This document shows positions 51,392-64,000 of a stretch of DNA of 64,000 nucleotides, piece by piece (positions within the stretch are counted from its first letter, which is position 1; every line of letters begins with the position of its first letter). The stretch spans positions 18,786,001 through 18,850,000 of the forward strand of contig NC_091482.1 of the NCBI RefSeq assembly GCF_036971445.1, read 5' to 3'. A program made the position numbers and the translations under genes. Below the pieces are notes generated by a model. It was given only the letters and a program-made list of their open reading frames with translations, ran no database searches and was not told where the DNA came from. Source of the DNA: Narcine bancroftii (Eukaryota).

Positions 51392-52597
51392 TTCTCCATT
51401 AACAATGGCGTGAAGCAAGGCTGTGTTCTCGCACCAACCCTCTTTTCAATCTTCTTCAGCATGATGCTGAACCAAGCCATGAAAGACCCCAACAATGAAG
51501 ACGCTGTTTACATCCGGTACCGCACGGATGGCAGTCTCTTCAATCTGAGGCGCCTGCAAGCTCACACCAAGACACAAGAGAAACTTGTCCGTGAACTACT
51601 CTTTGCAGATGATGCCGCTTTAGTTGCCCATTCAGAGCCAGCTCTTCAGCGCTTGACGTCCTGCTTTGCGGAAACTGCCAAAATGTTTGGCCTGGAAGTC
51701 AGCCTGAAGAAAACTGAGGTCCTCCATCAGCCAGCTCCCCACCATGACTACCAGCCCCCCCACATCTCCATCGGGCACACAAAACTCAAAACGGTCAACC
51801 AGTTTACCTATCTCGGCTGCACCATTTCATCAGATGCAAGGATCGACAATGAGATAGACAACAGACTCGCCAAGGCAAATAGCGCCTTTGGAAGACTACA
51901 CAAAAGAGTCTGGAAAAACAACCAACTGAAAAACCTCACAAAGATAAGCGTATACAGAGCCGTTGTCATACCCACACTCCTGTTCGGCTCCGAATCATGG
52001 GTCCTCTACCGGCACCACCTACGGCTCCTAGAACGCTTCCACCAGCGTTGTCTCCGCTCCATCCTCAACATCCATTGGAGCGCTCACACCCCTAACGTCG
52101 AGGTACTCGAGATGGCAGAGGTCGACAGCATCGAGTCCACGCTGCTGAAGATCCAGCTGCGCTGGATGGGTCACGTCTCCAGAATGGAGGACCATCGCCT
52201 TCCCAAGATCGTATTATATGGCGAGCTCTCCACTGGCCACCGTGACAGAGGTGCACCAAAGAAAAGGTACAAGGACTGCCTAAAGAAATCTCTTGGTGCC
52301 TGCCACATTGACCACCGCCAGTGGGCTGATAACGCCTCAAACCGTGCATCTTGGCGCCTCACAGTTTGGCGGGCAGCAGCCTCCTTTGAAGAAGACCGCA
52401 GAGCCCACCTCACTGACAAAAGGCAAAGGAGGAAAAACCCAACACCCAACCCCAACCAACCAATTTTCCCTTGCAACCGCTGCAATCGTGTCTGCCTGTC
52501 CCGCATCGGACTGGTCAGCCACAAACGAGCCTGCAGCTGACGTGGACTTTTTACCCCCTCCATAAATCTTCGTCCGCGAAGCCAAGCCAAAGAAAAG
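51392..52597 (+). mobile_element. 5'-truncated RTE LINE with open RT frame (51410-52540)
   Basis: GVKQGCVLAPTLF, LFADD and C-terminal CNRCNRVC..SHKRAC with no stops. Confidence 0.97.
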
Positions 52598-52603
52598 ATC
52601 TCT

Positions 52604-52773
52604 AAAGGAGGAAAAACCCAACACCCAACCCCAACCAACCCATTTTCCCCTGCAACCGCTGCAACCGTGTCTGCCTGTCCCGCATCGGACTTGTCAGCCA
52701 CAAACGAGCCTGTAGCTGACGTGGACATTTACCCCCTCCATAAATCTTCGTCTGCGAAGCCAAGCCAAAGAAG
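52604..52773 (+). mobile_element. Short RTE 3' tip inserted directly behind the previous copy
   Basis: A second RTE tail, flanked by an atctcta direct repeat. Confidence 0.88.
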
Positions 52774-53038
52774 ATCTCTATTTTAAGAAATGTGTTAGTA
52801 AAAACTAGTGGAGCACAGGGCTAATAAAAGAAAAAATAATTGTGAAAAGGAATAAATGCAATGAAAGCCTCCAATGCTGAATCCAGTTCTGCTACTTGAA
52901 AGAATTTTAGTAGTATGTGACACTCCTTCTGGAAATAGTTTTTGAATTTACCCTGTGGTTTGATTACTGATAAACATCTACATATTTCCTGAACTGACTA
53001 ACAGAAAGTGAATTACAGGATGGCTAATTATGAAATGC

Positions 53039-56000
53039 CCGGTCCGGGCAGTATGGACCGACCTAGGAGGGGAGGCAGGCCCCTCCAGCCCGGGTAAGAA
53101 ACCTGCATAGGAGAAGGCTACTCCGATATAAAACCTACGACCCAAGGACCACGCTGCCACGTCCCAGCTTGCTTGGCCACGGCACACGAACCATGGGTGT
53201 AAAGGGTGGGGCCAGTACTGCGCACACTGCACTCCACCTAAAAGCTCCTTTGCGCAGGCCCGAGAACAGGTCCACGTCCTCCCCCTCCACGTCCTCCCCC
53301 TCCACGTCCTCCCCCTCCACATCCTCCCCCTCCACGTCCTCCCCCTCAAAAGATGCTCACAAACTCAAGCTAGCATGCTGGAACATCAGAACCATGCTAG
53401 ACAAGGCTGACAGCCACCGACCTGAACGTCGGTCTGCCCTCATTGCACATGAACTCCTCAGACTTGACATCGACATAGCCGCTCTCAGTGAAGTCCGCCT
53501 GGCAGATGTAGGCAGCCTCCAAGAACGCAGCGCAGGCTACACACTCTACTGGTCTGGCAAGCCTTCGGATGAACGACGCCTATCTGGTGTAGGCTTCATG
53601 GTCAAGAGCTTCATTGCCTCCAAACACGAAAACCTTCCGACAGGCCTCTAGGACCGAATCATGTCCATGCGACTCCCCCTTCAAAACAAGCGTCGCATTA
53701 CCCTCATCAGTGTCTATGCTCCAACCCTCCAGGCGGAACCAGCAGAAAAGGACAAGTTCTACACCGACCTGCGCAACCTCATCCAACGCACCCCTACAGC
53801 CGACAAGGTTGTCATCCTGGGCGACTTCAACGCTCGTGTCGGCAAAGACTCAGAAACCTGGCCAGGAATCCTGGGCAAGCATGGCGTCGGCAAGTGCAAT
53901 GACAATGGGCGCCTCCTGTTGGAGCTCTGCGCAGAACAGCGGCTTGTCATTACAAACACCCTTTTTCAGCAGAGGGACAGCCTTAAGACCACCTGGATGC
54001 ATCCCCGATCCAAACACTGGCACCTCCTGGACTACATCCTGGTGCGAGAAAGTGACAAACGAGATGTGCTCCACACCAGGGTCATGCCTAGCGCGGAATG
54101 CCACACTGACCACCGGCTGGTTCGCTGCAAGCTCAAACTTCACTTCAAGCCAAAGCCCAGGAACAGTAAAGCCCCCAGAAAGAGGTTCAGTGTTGGAAAC
54201 CTGCAGTCAGACGAAGCGAGAGGAAACTTCCAGGCAAACCTCAAAGCAAAGCTCGACGATGCAACCCGCCTCACGGACCCGTCCCCTGAAACCCTCTGGG
54301 ATCAGTTGAAGACTACCATACTGCAATCCACTGAAGAGGTACTGGGCTTCTCCTCCAGGAAAAACAAGGACTGGTTTGACGAAAACAGCCAGGAAATCCA
54401 GGAGCTGCTGGCAAAGAAGCGAGCTGCCCACCAGGCTCACCTTACAAAGCCGTCCTGTCCAGAGAAGAAACAAGCCTTCCGTCGCGCATGCAGCCATCTT
54501 CAGCGCAAACTCCGGGAGATCCAAAATGAGTGGTGGACTAGCCTCGCCAAACGAACCCAGCTCAGCGCGGACACTTCAGGGGTTTCTATGAGGCTCTAAA
54601 GGCTGTGTACGGCCCCTCACCCCAAGTCCAAAGCCCGCTGCGCAGCTCAGACGGCAAAGTCCTCCTCAGCGACAAGATCTCCAACCTTAACCGATGGTCA
54701 GAACACTTCTAATCTCTTTTCAGTGCCAACCGCTCAGTCCAAGATTCCGCCCTGCTCCAGCTCCCTCAACAGCCCCTAAGGCTAGAGCTGGATGAGACAT
54801 ATAAGGCAATCGAACAACTGAAAAGTGGCAAAGCAGCAGGTATGGATGGAATCCCCCCAGAGGTCTGGAAGGCTGGCGGCAAAACTCTGCCTGCCAAACT
54901 GCATGAGTTTTTCAAGCTTTGTTGGGACCAAGGAAAACTGCCTCAGGATCTTCGTGATGCCACCATTATCACCCTGTACAAAAACAAAGGCGAGAAATCA
55001 GACTGCTCAAACTACAGGGGAATCACGCTGCTCTCCATTGCAGGCAAAATCTTTGCTAGGATTCTACTAAATAGAATAATACCTAGTGTCGCCGAGAATA
55101 TTCTCCCAGAATCACAGTGCGGCTTTCGCGCAAACAGAGGAACTACTGACATGGTCTTTGCCCTCAGACAGCTCAAGAAAAGTGCAGAGAACAAAACAAA
55201 GGACTCTACATCACCTTTGTTGACCTCACCAAAGCCTTCGACACTGTGAGCAGGAAAGGGCTTTGGCAAATACTAGAGCGCATCGGATGTCCCCCAAAGT
55301 TCCTCAACATGATTATCCAACTGCACGAAAACCAACAAGGTCGGGTCAGATACAGCAATGAGCTCTCTGAACCCTTCTCCATTAACAATGGCGTGAAGCA
55401 AGGCTGTGTTCTGGCACCAACCCTCTTTTCAATCTTCTTCAGCATGATGCTGAACCAAGCCATGAAAGACCCCAACAATGAAGACGCTGTTTACATCCGG
55501 TACCGCACGGATGGTAGTCTCTTCAATCTGAGGCGCCTGCAAGCTCACACCAAGACACAAGAGAAACTTGTCCGTGAACTACTCTTTGCAGACGATCCCG
55601 CTTTAGTTGCCCATTCAGAGCCAGCTCTTCAGCGTTTGACGTCCTGCTTTGCGGAAACTGCCAAAATGTTTGGCCTGGAAGTCAGCCTGAAGAAAACTGA
55701 TGTCCTCCATCAGCCAGCTCCCCACCAGGACTACCAGCCCCCCCACATCTCCATCGGGCACACAAAACTCAAAACGGTCAACCAGTTTACCTATCTCGGC
55801 TGCACCATTTCATCAGATGCAAGGATCGACAATGAGATAGACAACAGACTCGCCAAGGCAAATAGCGCCTTTGGAAGACTACACAAAAGAGTCTGGAAAA
55901 ACAACCAACTGAAAAACCTCACAAAGATAAGCGTATACAGAGCCGTTGTCATACCCACACTCCTGTTCGGCTCCGAATCATGGGTCCTCTACCGGCATCA

Positions 56001-56582
56001 CCTACGGCTCCTAGAACGCTTCCACCAGCGTTGTCTCCGCTCCATCCTCAACATCCATTGGAGCGCTTTCATCCCTAACGTCGAAGTACTCGAGATGGCA
56101 GAGGTCGACAGCATCGAGTCCACGCTGCTGAAGATCCAGCTGCGCTGGGTGGGTCACGTCTCCAGAATGGAGGACCATCGCCTTCCCAAGATCGTGTTAT
56201 ATGGCGAGTTCTCCACTGGCCACCGTGACAGAGGTGCACCAAAGAAAAGGTACAAGGACTGCCTAAAGAAATCTCTTGGTGCCTGCCACATTGACCACCG
56301 CCAGTGGGCTGATATCGCCTCAAACCGTGCATCTTGGCGCCTCACAGTTTGGCGGGCAGCAACCTCCTTTGAAGAAGACCACAGAGCCCACCTCACTGAC
56401 AAAAGGCAAAGGAGGAAAAACCCAACACCCAACCCCAACCAACCAATTTTCCCCTGCAGCCGCTGCAATCGTGTCTGCCTGTCCCGCATCGGACTGGTCA
56501 GCCACAAACGAGCCTGCAGCTGACGTGGACTTTTACCCCCTCCATAAATCTTCGTCCGGGAAGCCAAGCCAAAGAGAAGAAG
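53039..56582 (+). mobile_element. Near-full-length RTE-clade LINE (APE endonuclease plus RT), inactivated by a few stops and frameshifts
   Basis: 13-bp TSD aattatgaaatgc at 53026-53038 and 56583-56595. APE motifs CWNIRT, ALSEVR, SVYAPT, LGDFNARVG, LDYIL and TDH. RT motifs YRGITLL, QCGFR, QGCVLAP and FADD. Stop at 53649; frameshifts near 54570 and 55175. Confidence 0.97.
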
Positions 56583-57084
56583 AATTATGAAATGCTAAGC
56601 TTTTCAGCTGGTCAGGAAAAGCTTCTTGACTTCTTGTCACCTGTATATAGTGATATTTTTAGTCATAGATGTGTGCATAGCTTTTTATTTCCAATATTTT
56701 CCATTGTCCGGATTAGTCTAATTCAGAAGTGACTGGTCGACTCTTTTAAAAGGGATGGAGTATGTCTATTGCACATGACCAGAAATCTCTACAGGAGTTG
56801 TAAGAACTTTGAAATAAACATCAAGATTTCTCAAACTAATACTGATCACCAAGGGTGGCTGCTCATCTCAAGAGGAGTCCCACAAGATTAAAAATAAGAT
56901 ATAATATCCGGACATCTAAATTCCGGATAGCTCCAAAAATCCGGCAAGTGGGAAGAAAGGCGGCAGCGTGAGTCGGGCAGGCAAGGGAGAAAGAGACGGG
57001 CGGCCGACTGTAGTTTCTTGTGTTCAAAAGTGAATGATTTCAATATGCTAGATCTCTCGGAGTACAAAGCATTAACCAGCATTA

Positions 57085-57607
57085 CATGTACACGATCCTT
57101 TATCCGGAACCCTTGGGGGACAGTGTGTTCCGAATTTCAGATTTTTCTGGATTTCGGAAAGCCAGATTTAAGCCCACCCCTTTCAAGTAGCCCTGCCACC
57201 TCCCCCCAACACCCCCCCCCCCCCACCCGACTCGCGCTGCCTCTCTCCCCCTTGCCTGCCCGACTCGCGCTGCCTCTCTCCCCCTTGCCTGCCCGACTCG
57301 CGCTGCCTCTCTCCCCCTTGCCTGCCCGACTCGCGCTGCCTCTCTCCCCCTTGCCTGCCCGACGCGCGCTGCCTCTCTCCCCCTTGCCTGCCCGACTCGC
57401 GCTGCCTCTCTCCCCCTTGCCTGCCCGACGCGCGCTGCCTCTCTCCCCCTTGCCTGCCCGACTCGCGCTGCCTCTCTCCCCCTTGCCTGCCCGACGCGCG
57501 CTGCCTCTCTCCCCCTTGCCTGCCCGACTCGTGCTGCCTCTCTCCCCACTTGCCGGATTTTGGAGCTTTCTGGAATTTAGAGGTCCGGATAAAGGATCAT
57601 GTACCTG
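57085..57607. mobile_element. Tc1/mariner (Tigger-like) MITE
   Basis: TIRs catgtacacgatcctttatccgga / tccggataaaggatcatgtacctg, flanked by TA on both sides. Confidence 0.8.
57226..57550. repeat. 33-nt GC-rich minisatellite inside the MITE, about 10 copies
   Basis: Unit cccgactcgcgctgcctctctcccccttgcctg. Confidence 0.95.
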
Positions 57608-59754
57608 TATTATACCTTTTTTTTGTTTTGTGGGACTCTTGAGATGAATAGCCACCCTTGGTGATCAGAGAGTACCTACAAGCCTCTCGTTCTTCTTCAT
57701 AAACATTGGATTTGCATTTTGTTTCTGCTGTCTGATGTGGGGAGTTTCACTAAAGTGTCTCTTGTTCACTTTTCCCTTCCTTTTAAATTTCTGATCTGCT
57801 GCTTATGCTGGGAGGTAACACAGGGTTATTTCTGCTACACATCTCTTTTAGGAATTTCCCCAAGGTCTTTGTGCGTGCCAATGTTTGTGAAATCAGGTGC
57901 ATTTCATAAGTGCACCTGAAGTACAGCATTCTCTTTTTTCTGTGCAACTAATATTGTAAACATAGTGCTATGCTACATTTAGTCAAATATAATCCCTGTA
58001 TTCGTGCATGAACTTGAAAGACAAGTAAAATAAATTTACCTTGTTGGGTTGGCTCCAAACCATCAGGTTCTCCCTCCCCTTTGTTATCTAAAGCATTAAC
58101 TAAACCACTTTGTCATAGTTTATGGTGAATAAGACATCACAGGTTAGCTTTTATTTCAAACCTATTACTGCAAATATATTTGCAAACGTTTTGTACATAA
58201 TACAGGCTATTTGTGTCGAAATTTTTGTCGCAGTCCTTGTCTTTCCCTTTCTCTTCAGTAGAGCCTCCATTTTTCTTTGCAAACACTTCTCAAACAATGC
58301 TCCAAAGGTTTTTGCACGTGATCCAATCCCTCAAATTGTAGCCTTTCCTAATAAATATTTTTTGATGCTACATAAACATTTCACAAACTCCTTGGCACAC
58401 AGTCCTGAATCATTGTGCCAGAATGCACTATTTAGTTCTGGACAACTCCTTGAATTGGGAAAACTCCATTAAATCCTTTCATAATCTTGTGACTTTTCGG
58501 ATGGTGAACTTTTGTGACCACCCCACATGTGTCAACTAGCTTTTATTTTAAATGTGGTTAATTTAAATTTTTTTGTGTATTTTTTACATATTTCTATTTT
58601 CATGTGTCCTGTTTTAATATTATTTATGTTTAGACATTTTTGTAACCTCTCTGAAATAATATTTGCCTACCAAAATGGATGGTGAACATGAGCAAAATCA
58701 AACTTGCTGACTGTGGTTGTGGTGAGGGAAACTATTGTGACAGTCCAAGAGAATTTGTTCTGTGCCTGCTATCTCAGGATGATTTTCTACTCAGTGCTTG
58801 AGTGCATGGTTGGAGAAAGCTGGATGAGGTTGCAAGATGTGGCAATGTACGGCACATTTAGATGATTATCTTTTGCTTTTTTTTACATGAACTTACACAA
58901 GTGTTTTTTTTCTATAACTTGCAGGAATTCAGAAAAGTAATTGTATAAAATGGAGCCTTAAATTTAACTGAGGGCCAAAATTAAAGTGAACACTTTATTG
59001 CACAGCTCAGATCTCACTGGAGAGGTTTCAGGATTTGTGGCACATGAAGCGATGAATTAATTAATTGGATCTACAATCATCCATTTGATTAGTATCAAGT
59101 CATGACTGAGCTTCTATTCAGAAGTGCTGTTAAGAATTTTTTTCAGGAATGCATAATAATGTTTTACTTGCTAATGGGTGATTTTTAAAGCTATATTGGC
59201 GCATTTGAAAGATTTAATTGCTGCCATGTACAGCATTTCCCCAGGAAGAGTATGGGGTGAACTTAATTTTTAAAACTATTATGCATGAATATTTAGCATT
59301 CATGTGAAATTAAATGGTAAATTTTTCATGTTTAATAGCTTGTTCAATGAACTGAGTTAATAGTTGAATAGCATATTTTCATTTTTTGATTAACTTGAAA
59401 GCTAATATTTTCCACATTTTGTTTCTTACACCAGTTACAGTTAGCATACAGTCAAGACTAGTAGAATGTATTGTGGTTTCTGTAAAACTATTGGCTTATT
59501 TGAAGGTGGGTGGCATGATTTTTGAGAGTTGGATCCTGTCTGACCAATTCAGTTGAATATTTTGAAGATCTAATAAAATGTTTTGATGAGTGCAGTGTAG
59601 TTGATGTAGACTGCATTGTTTTCAGTGAAGGTTTTGATAAAGACCCACATGGGAGGCTGGCCTAAAAAGTTGGAACCTATGGGATACAAGATAATTGGAG
59701 CAATAATTTGAGAAAAATTGTGGTATTTTTGGATAGGGATAATGACTCTATGCA

Positions 59755-60632
59755 ACAATAAGACCATCTACAAATTTCCCAACAATGCCTCGGTAGTGGG
59801 TTGTATAAAGCAAGGGGATGAGTGAGCACACAGGATGGAGATTGAAAATTTGGCTGAATGGTGCACCAACAAAATCCTTACATTCAATGTCACTAAAACT
59901 AAGGAGCTGATTGGTGACTTCAGGAAAGGAAAGCAAGAGGTATCTAATCCAGCAATCATTGGGGGATCAGAGGTGGAGAAGTTCTCAGGAGTCACTATCT
60001 TGGAGGATCTTTCCTGGAGCCAACACACCAATGCCATTGTGAAGAAAGCATGTCAATGCCTCTACTTCCTCAGAGTTTGCAAATGCTTGGTTTGACATCA
60101 GAAACCCTAGCAAATTTCCACAGAGGTGTGGTGGAAAGTCTGCTGAAACAACAGTATGGAAACAACAATACCCCTGAACGTAAAGCCCTCCAAAAATTAG
60201 TGGACGCAGTCCAGAACATTACCAGTAAAACCCTCCCCACTATTGAGTACATCTACATGGAACGGTACCATTCGAAGGCAGCAGCAATCATCAAAGCCCC
60301 TCACCTCCCAGCACATGCACTGTTCTTGCTACTGCCATCAGGAAAGAGGTAAAGGTGCCACAAGACTTGCACCACCAGGTTTAGGAATGGCTGTCCCTTC
60401 CACCTTCAGACTACTCAATGACAAACTCAATCAGAGACTCATTTAAGGACTCTTGTGCACTTTATTGATTTTCTTTTTGTTCAGTTTCTTTACGTTCATT
60501 ATTTGTTTACATTTCTTTGTTTTCTTATTTTACCCTGTATACAGTTTATTTTTTGCACTACCAATTAGTGATAATTCTGCCACGCCTGTAGGAAAAGGAA
60601 TCTCAGGGTTTTATGTGATGTCACGTATGTAC
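59755..60632 (+). mobile_element. Rex1-type LINE 3' part
   Basis: Encodes EIENLAEWCTNKILTFNVTKTKELIGDFRK, LSWSQHTNAIVKKACQCLYFLR and HALFLLLPSGKR. Confidence 0.85.
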
Positions 60633-63600
60633 TTTTTTTTCAAACTTTATTTAAAGATTTTAAAAAAAGCATAACATACAATCCAATAATCATCAAAAAT
60701 TGATTTTACAAGATAAACCCCAAACCCACCCTCCCACCCCTTCAGCCAGCTCCCTTAAGGGGAGCCAAAAATAAAAATTATATATATAAAATATAAATGT
60801 TAAGAATAATTCAAAGTATATCTAAATGCATATATTTCAAAAACGGAAACCATTTACTAACAAAAAGGGAATAGTTATGTAAATTATAAATAATTTTTTC
60901 CATAAAAATACAAGCTTTCAATTCATTTTGCCAACGTAGTATATTAATTTCTGTATTGTCTTTCCAAGTATTCGCAACACATTTACGTGCTACTGATGAT
61001 ACCAAACGTACAAAAGCAATTTGAATTTTATCCAAACCTAATCCCCCTTAATGAAATCAAATCGTTGGGTCTAATGGTAATGTAAAGTTGTACAATTTTT
61101 CCAAAACTACTTTAATTCCTTGCCAAAATGGTTGAACTTTAACACAAGTCCAAACAGCATGTAGAAAAGTTCCAATACATGAATCACATCTAAAACATAA
61201 ATCTGAATTACTAAACCCATATTTTTCAGTTTCTCCGGAGTCAAATATAATTGATGTAAAAAATTATAATTAACCATTCCATATCTTACATTTGTCAATT
61301 TGATTACATTGTCCTGACACATATCCGCCCAATCATTTTCAGGCAAAATAAACACTAAATCACTCTCCCATTTAAGCTTAGATTTTTCCCAATCTGGTTT
61401 ATCTATATTATCTTGTAACAAATTGTACATAACTGAAATGTAACCCTTCTTTGGTACAGTGGAAATCAAAGACTCAAATCTCGACAAAATGGGTAAATTC
61501 ATCTCTTCCATAATTATCCTTTACCAAGGCTCTAAGTTGATAATACACAAACAAAGAATTTACAGATATATCAAATCTCTCTCTCAATTGATTAAAAGAA
61601 AGAAATTGTCCCTCTTCAAAACAATCCTGTATTGTCTTTATACCCTTAAAATCCTAACTCTTTAAATAATTATTAAACATTGAAAAGGAATAAGCTGATA
61701 ATTATACAATGGAGTTAAAATTGTTAATTTATCTTTTGATCCCAAAACCCTATTTTTTAAAATCCAGATCTTTAACAAATGTTTCAATACCGGCATATTA
61801 CATTCCTGTATCAAATTCAAGTTCCAACGAAATATAAATTCATGTACCTTAACCTCAAAAATACACGCCATTTCCACCTTAGCCCAGCTGGGAGGATAAT
61901 CTAAATCCATAAATCTGCTGATAAATTTCAACTGGGCCGCTTCATAATAATTTTGAAAATGTGGTCACTGAAATCCACCTAACGCATATTTCCATGTAAG
62001 TTTATACAATGCTACTTGAGCTAATTTACCTTATCATAAAAACTCCCGCACTATCTTATTTAAATCCTGAAAAAAACCTTTTGAAAGTAAACAAGGTATT
62101 GACTGAAATAAATATTGAATTCGAGGAAAAATATTCATTTTAATACAGTTGACCTTTCCAATCAAAGTTAATGGAAGATCTTTCCACTTAATCAAATCTG
62201 CTTTAATCCATTTGAATATAGGTACATAATTTAACTGATATAATGAGTGATAATCAACGTCTACAAACACCTAAATATTTAATTTTATTTGTCCACTTTA
62301 ATTTTGTAATAATTTAAAATTCTGAATAACCTCCAATTCCAACTGGTAAAATTTTGCATTTATCTCAATTAACTTTATATCCTGACAATTCTCCAAATTT
62401 TGACAAACACTCTTGTAACTGCTTCAACGACCGTTCCGGTTCCATCAAATATCAATACATCATCTGCAAATAAATTAATCTTATAATCTTCATTCATAGC
62501 CTTCATCCTTCTAATTTCATCATTTTGCCTAATAGTCTGAACTAATGGTTCAATAGCCAATGCAAATAAGGCTAGTGACAATGAACAGCCCTGCCGAGTT
62601 GAATGAGTCAACCTAAATGGTAAAGAAATCTGACCATTTGTCACCACCCTAGCAATTGGGTTCGTATATAAAGCTTTAACTCAACCAATAAAAAAAGGGC
62701 CAAGTTTAAACTTTTCTAACACCTTAAATAAAAAATCCCACTCAACCCGATCAAAAGCCTTTTCTGCATCTAGTGCAACCAGTATACATTGACCAAAGTA
62801 ATTAATCGAAGAATATTATCAGATGCATTTCTATTCTTAATAAAACCTGTTTGATCAGTATATATCAACTAGTCTATTAGTTAGTACCTTGGCTATAATT
62901 TTATAATCTACATCTAATGAAGAAATAGGTCTATATGAAGACACTTTTAATGGAGCTCTATGTTTTTTTTTGGAATAACAGTTATTAAAGCACTTGAACA
63001 AGATTCTGGAAATTTCTGTTCTTTGGTAACTTATTTTAACATTTCTCCAAATACACTAGATAAATCATCATTAAAAAATTTATATAATTCCACAGGAAAT
63101 CCATCAACCCCTGGGGACTTTCCATTTGGCATTTCCTGTCTAGCTTCCTTAATTTCAAAATCTGTAAACAGAGATTCCAATTCCTGGATATCTTTCTCAT
63201 CTAATACTGGTAACCTCAATTTAGATAAATAAGATCCAGTAGAACCATTATCCCGCTTCCCCTCAGAAGTATATATTTTTTGATAAAATGAATAAAACTG
63301 CTCATTAATTTCCTGAGGCTTATAGGTAATTATTGAATTCTTTTTAACGGCATTAATAGTCCGAGATGCCTGTTCAGCTTTCAATTGCCAAGCAAGTACC
63401 ATATGAGCTCTTTTTTCCAACTCATAATAACATTGTTTAGTTTGATTACAAAGATCAGTTTGAGTGTTTAATTAAAGTATTATAGCGTAATTTCAATTTC
63501 GCTAATAGCTTTTTTTGTCTTCAGTCACATCCTTTTGAAAATCTTCCTCTAACTCAGCAATCTGATTTTCCAACATTAAACTTTCTGCCATAAATTGTTT

Positions 63601-64000
63601 CTTAACTTTCGTAGAATAACTAATAACCTGTCCCCTCAAATAAGCTTTTAATGCATCCCATACTACAAAATGACTATCCACAGAATTAATATTCTCAGTC
63701 AAGAATAAAGAGATATGTACTTTAACAAAAGTAACAAACTCTGGTTTTTTCAATAACATTGCATTAAACTTCCATCTATACGATGAACGTACCACTTCTG
63801 AACTTTTACAAGAAAAAAAAATGAATGGTCAGAACTCTACTTTTATATTCAGCTTGCAATACTCTACCCTGTAGATGTGCTGATACCAAAAAAAAATCAA
63901 TCCTAGAAAACGAATCATGTCTTGATGAATAAAAAGGAAAATCTTTCTCTGTACAATTAACCTTTCTCCAAATATCTACCAGATTTAAATCTTTCATCAA
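60633..64000 (-). mobile_element. Degenerate L1/Tx1-clade LINE ORF2 (continues past window end)
   Basis: Minus-strand LVDIWRK..FYSSRHDSFSRIDFFL (APE), WDALKAYLRG, GKSPGVDGFPVELYK, TRQGCSLS, LFADD and WKDLPLTLIGKVNCIKMNIFPR. Poly(A) end appears as a T-run at 60633. Confidence 0.92.

Noticed and set aside
52092-56567. Recurrent antisense and alternative-frame ORFs in RTE copies
   Set aside because: They recur only because the copies are near-identical; there is no independent coding evidence.
57018-57655. ORFs of 149-209 aa on both strands
   Set aside because: Produced by the stop-free 33-nt minisatellite; no protein features.

Overview
Vertebrate genomic DNA, most likely from a cartilaginous fish. 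That assignment is inferred from the repeat complement: V-SINE/HE1-type SINE, Penelope GIY-YIG remnants, Rex1, CR1 and L1/Tx1. Two spliced host genes are recognisable, and the ORF track misses both. The first is an uncharacterised phosphatidylinositol-synthase-like CDP-alcohol phosphatidyltransferase on the minus strand, with coding exons at 7911-7848 and 636-541; it continues off the left edge. The second is USP32 on the plus strand, with exons at 35266-35323 and 47323-47450; it continues off the right edge. The USP32 CpG island carries twin CACGTG(A) E-boxes, an out-of-frame upstream AUG, a candidate divergent spliced transcript with a 49-codon ORF, and a 1-kb quasi-palindromic satellite. 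The rest is mostly transposon debris. It includes one near-full-length copy and six truncated copies of a young RTE LINE, solo LTRs with 4-bp TSDs, Gypsy, hAT, Tigger and Harbinger-type remnants, minisatellites, a 5' U2 snRNA fragment and an N-gap. No prokaryotic or CRISPR-type system is present. Family and gene assignments come from recalled consensus sequences, not from database searches.
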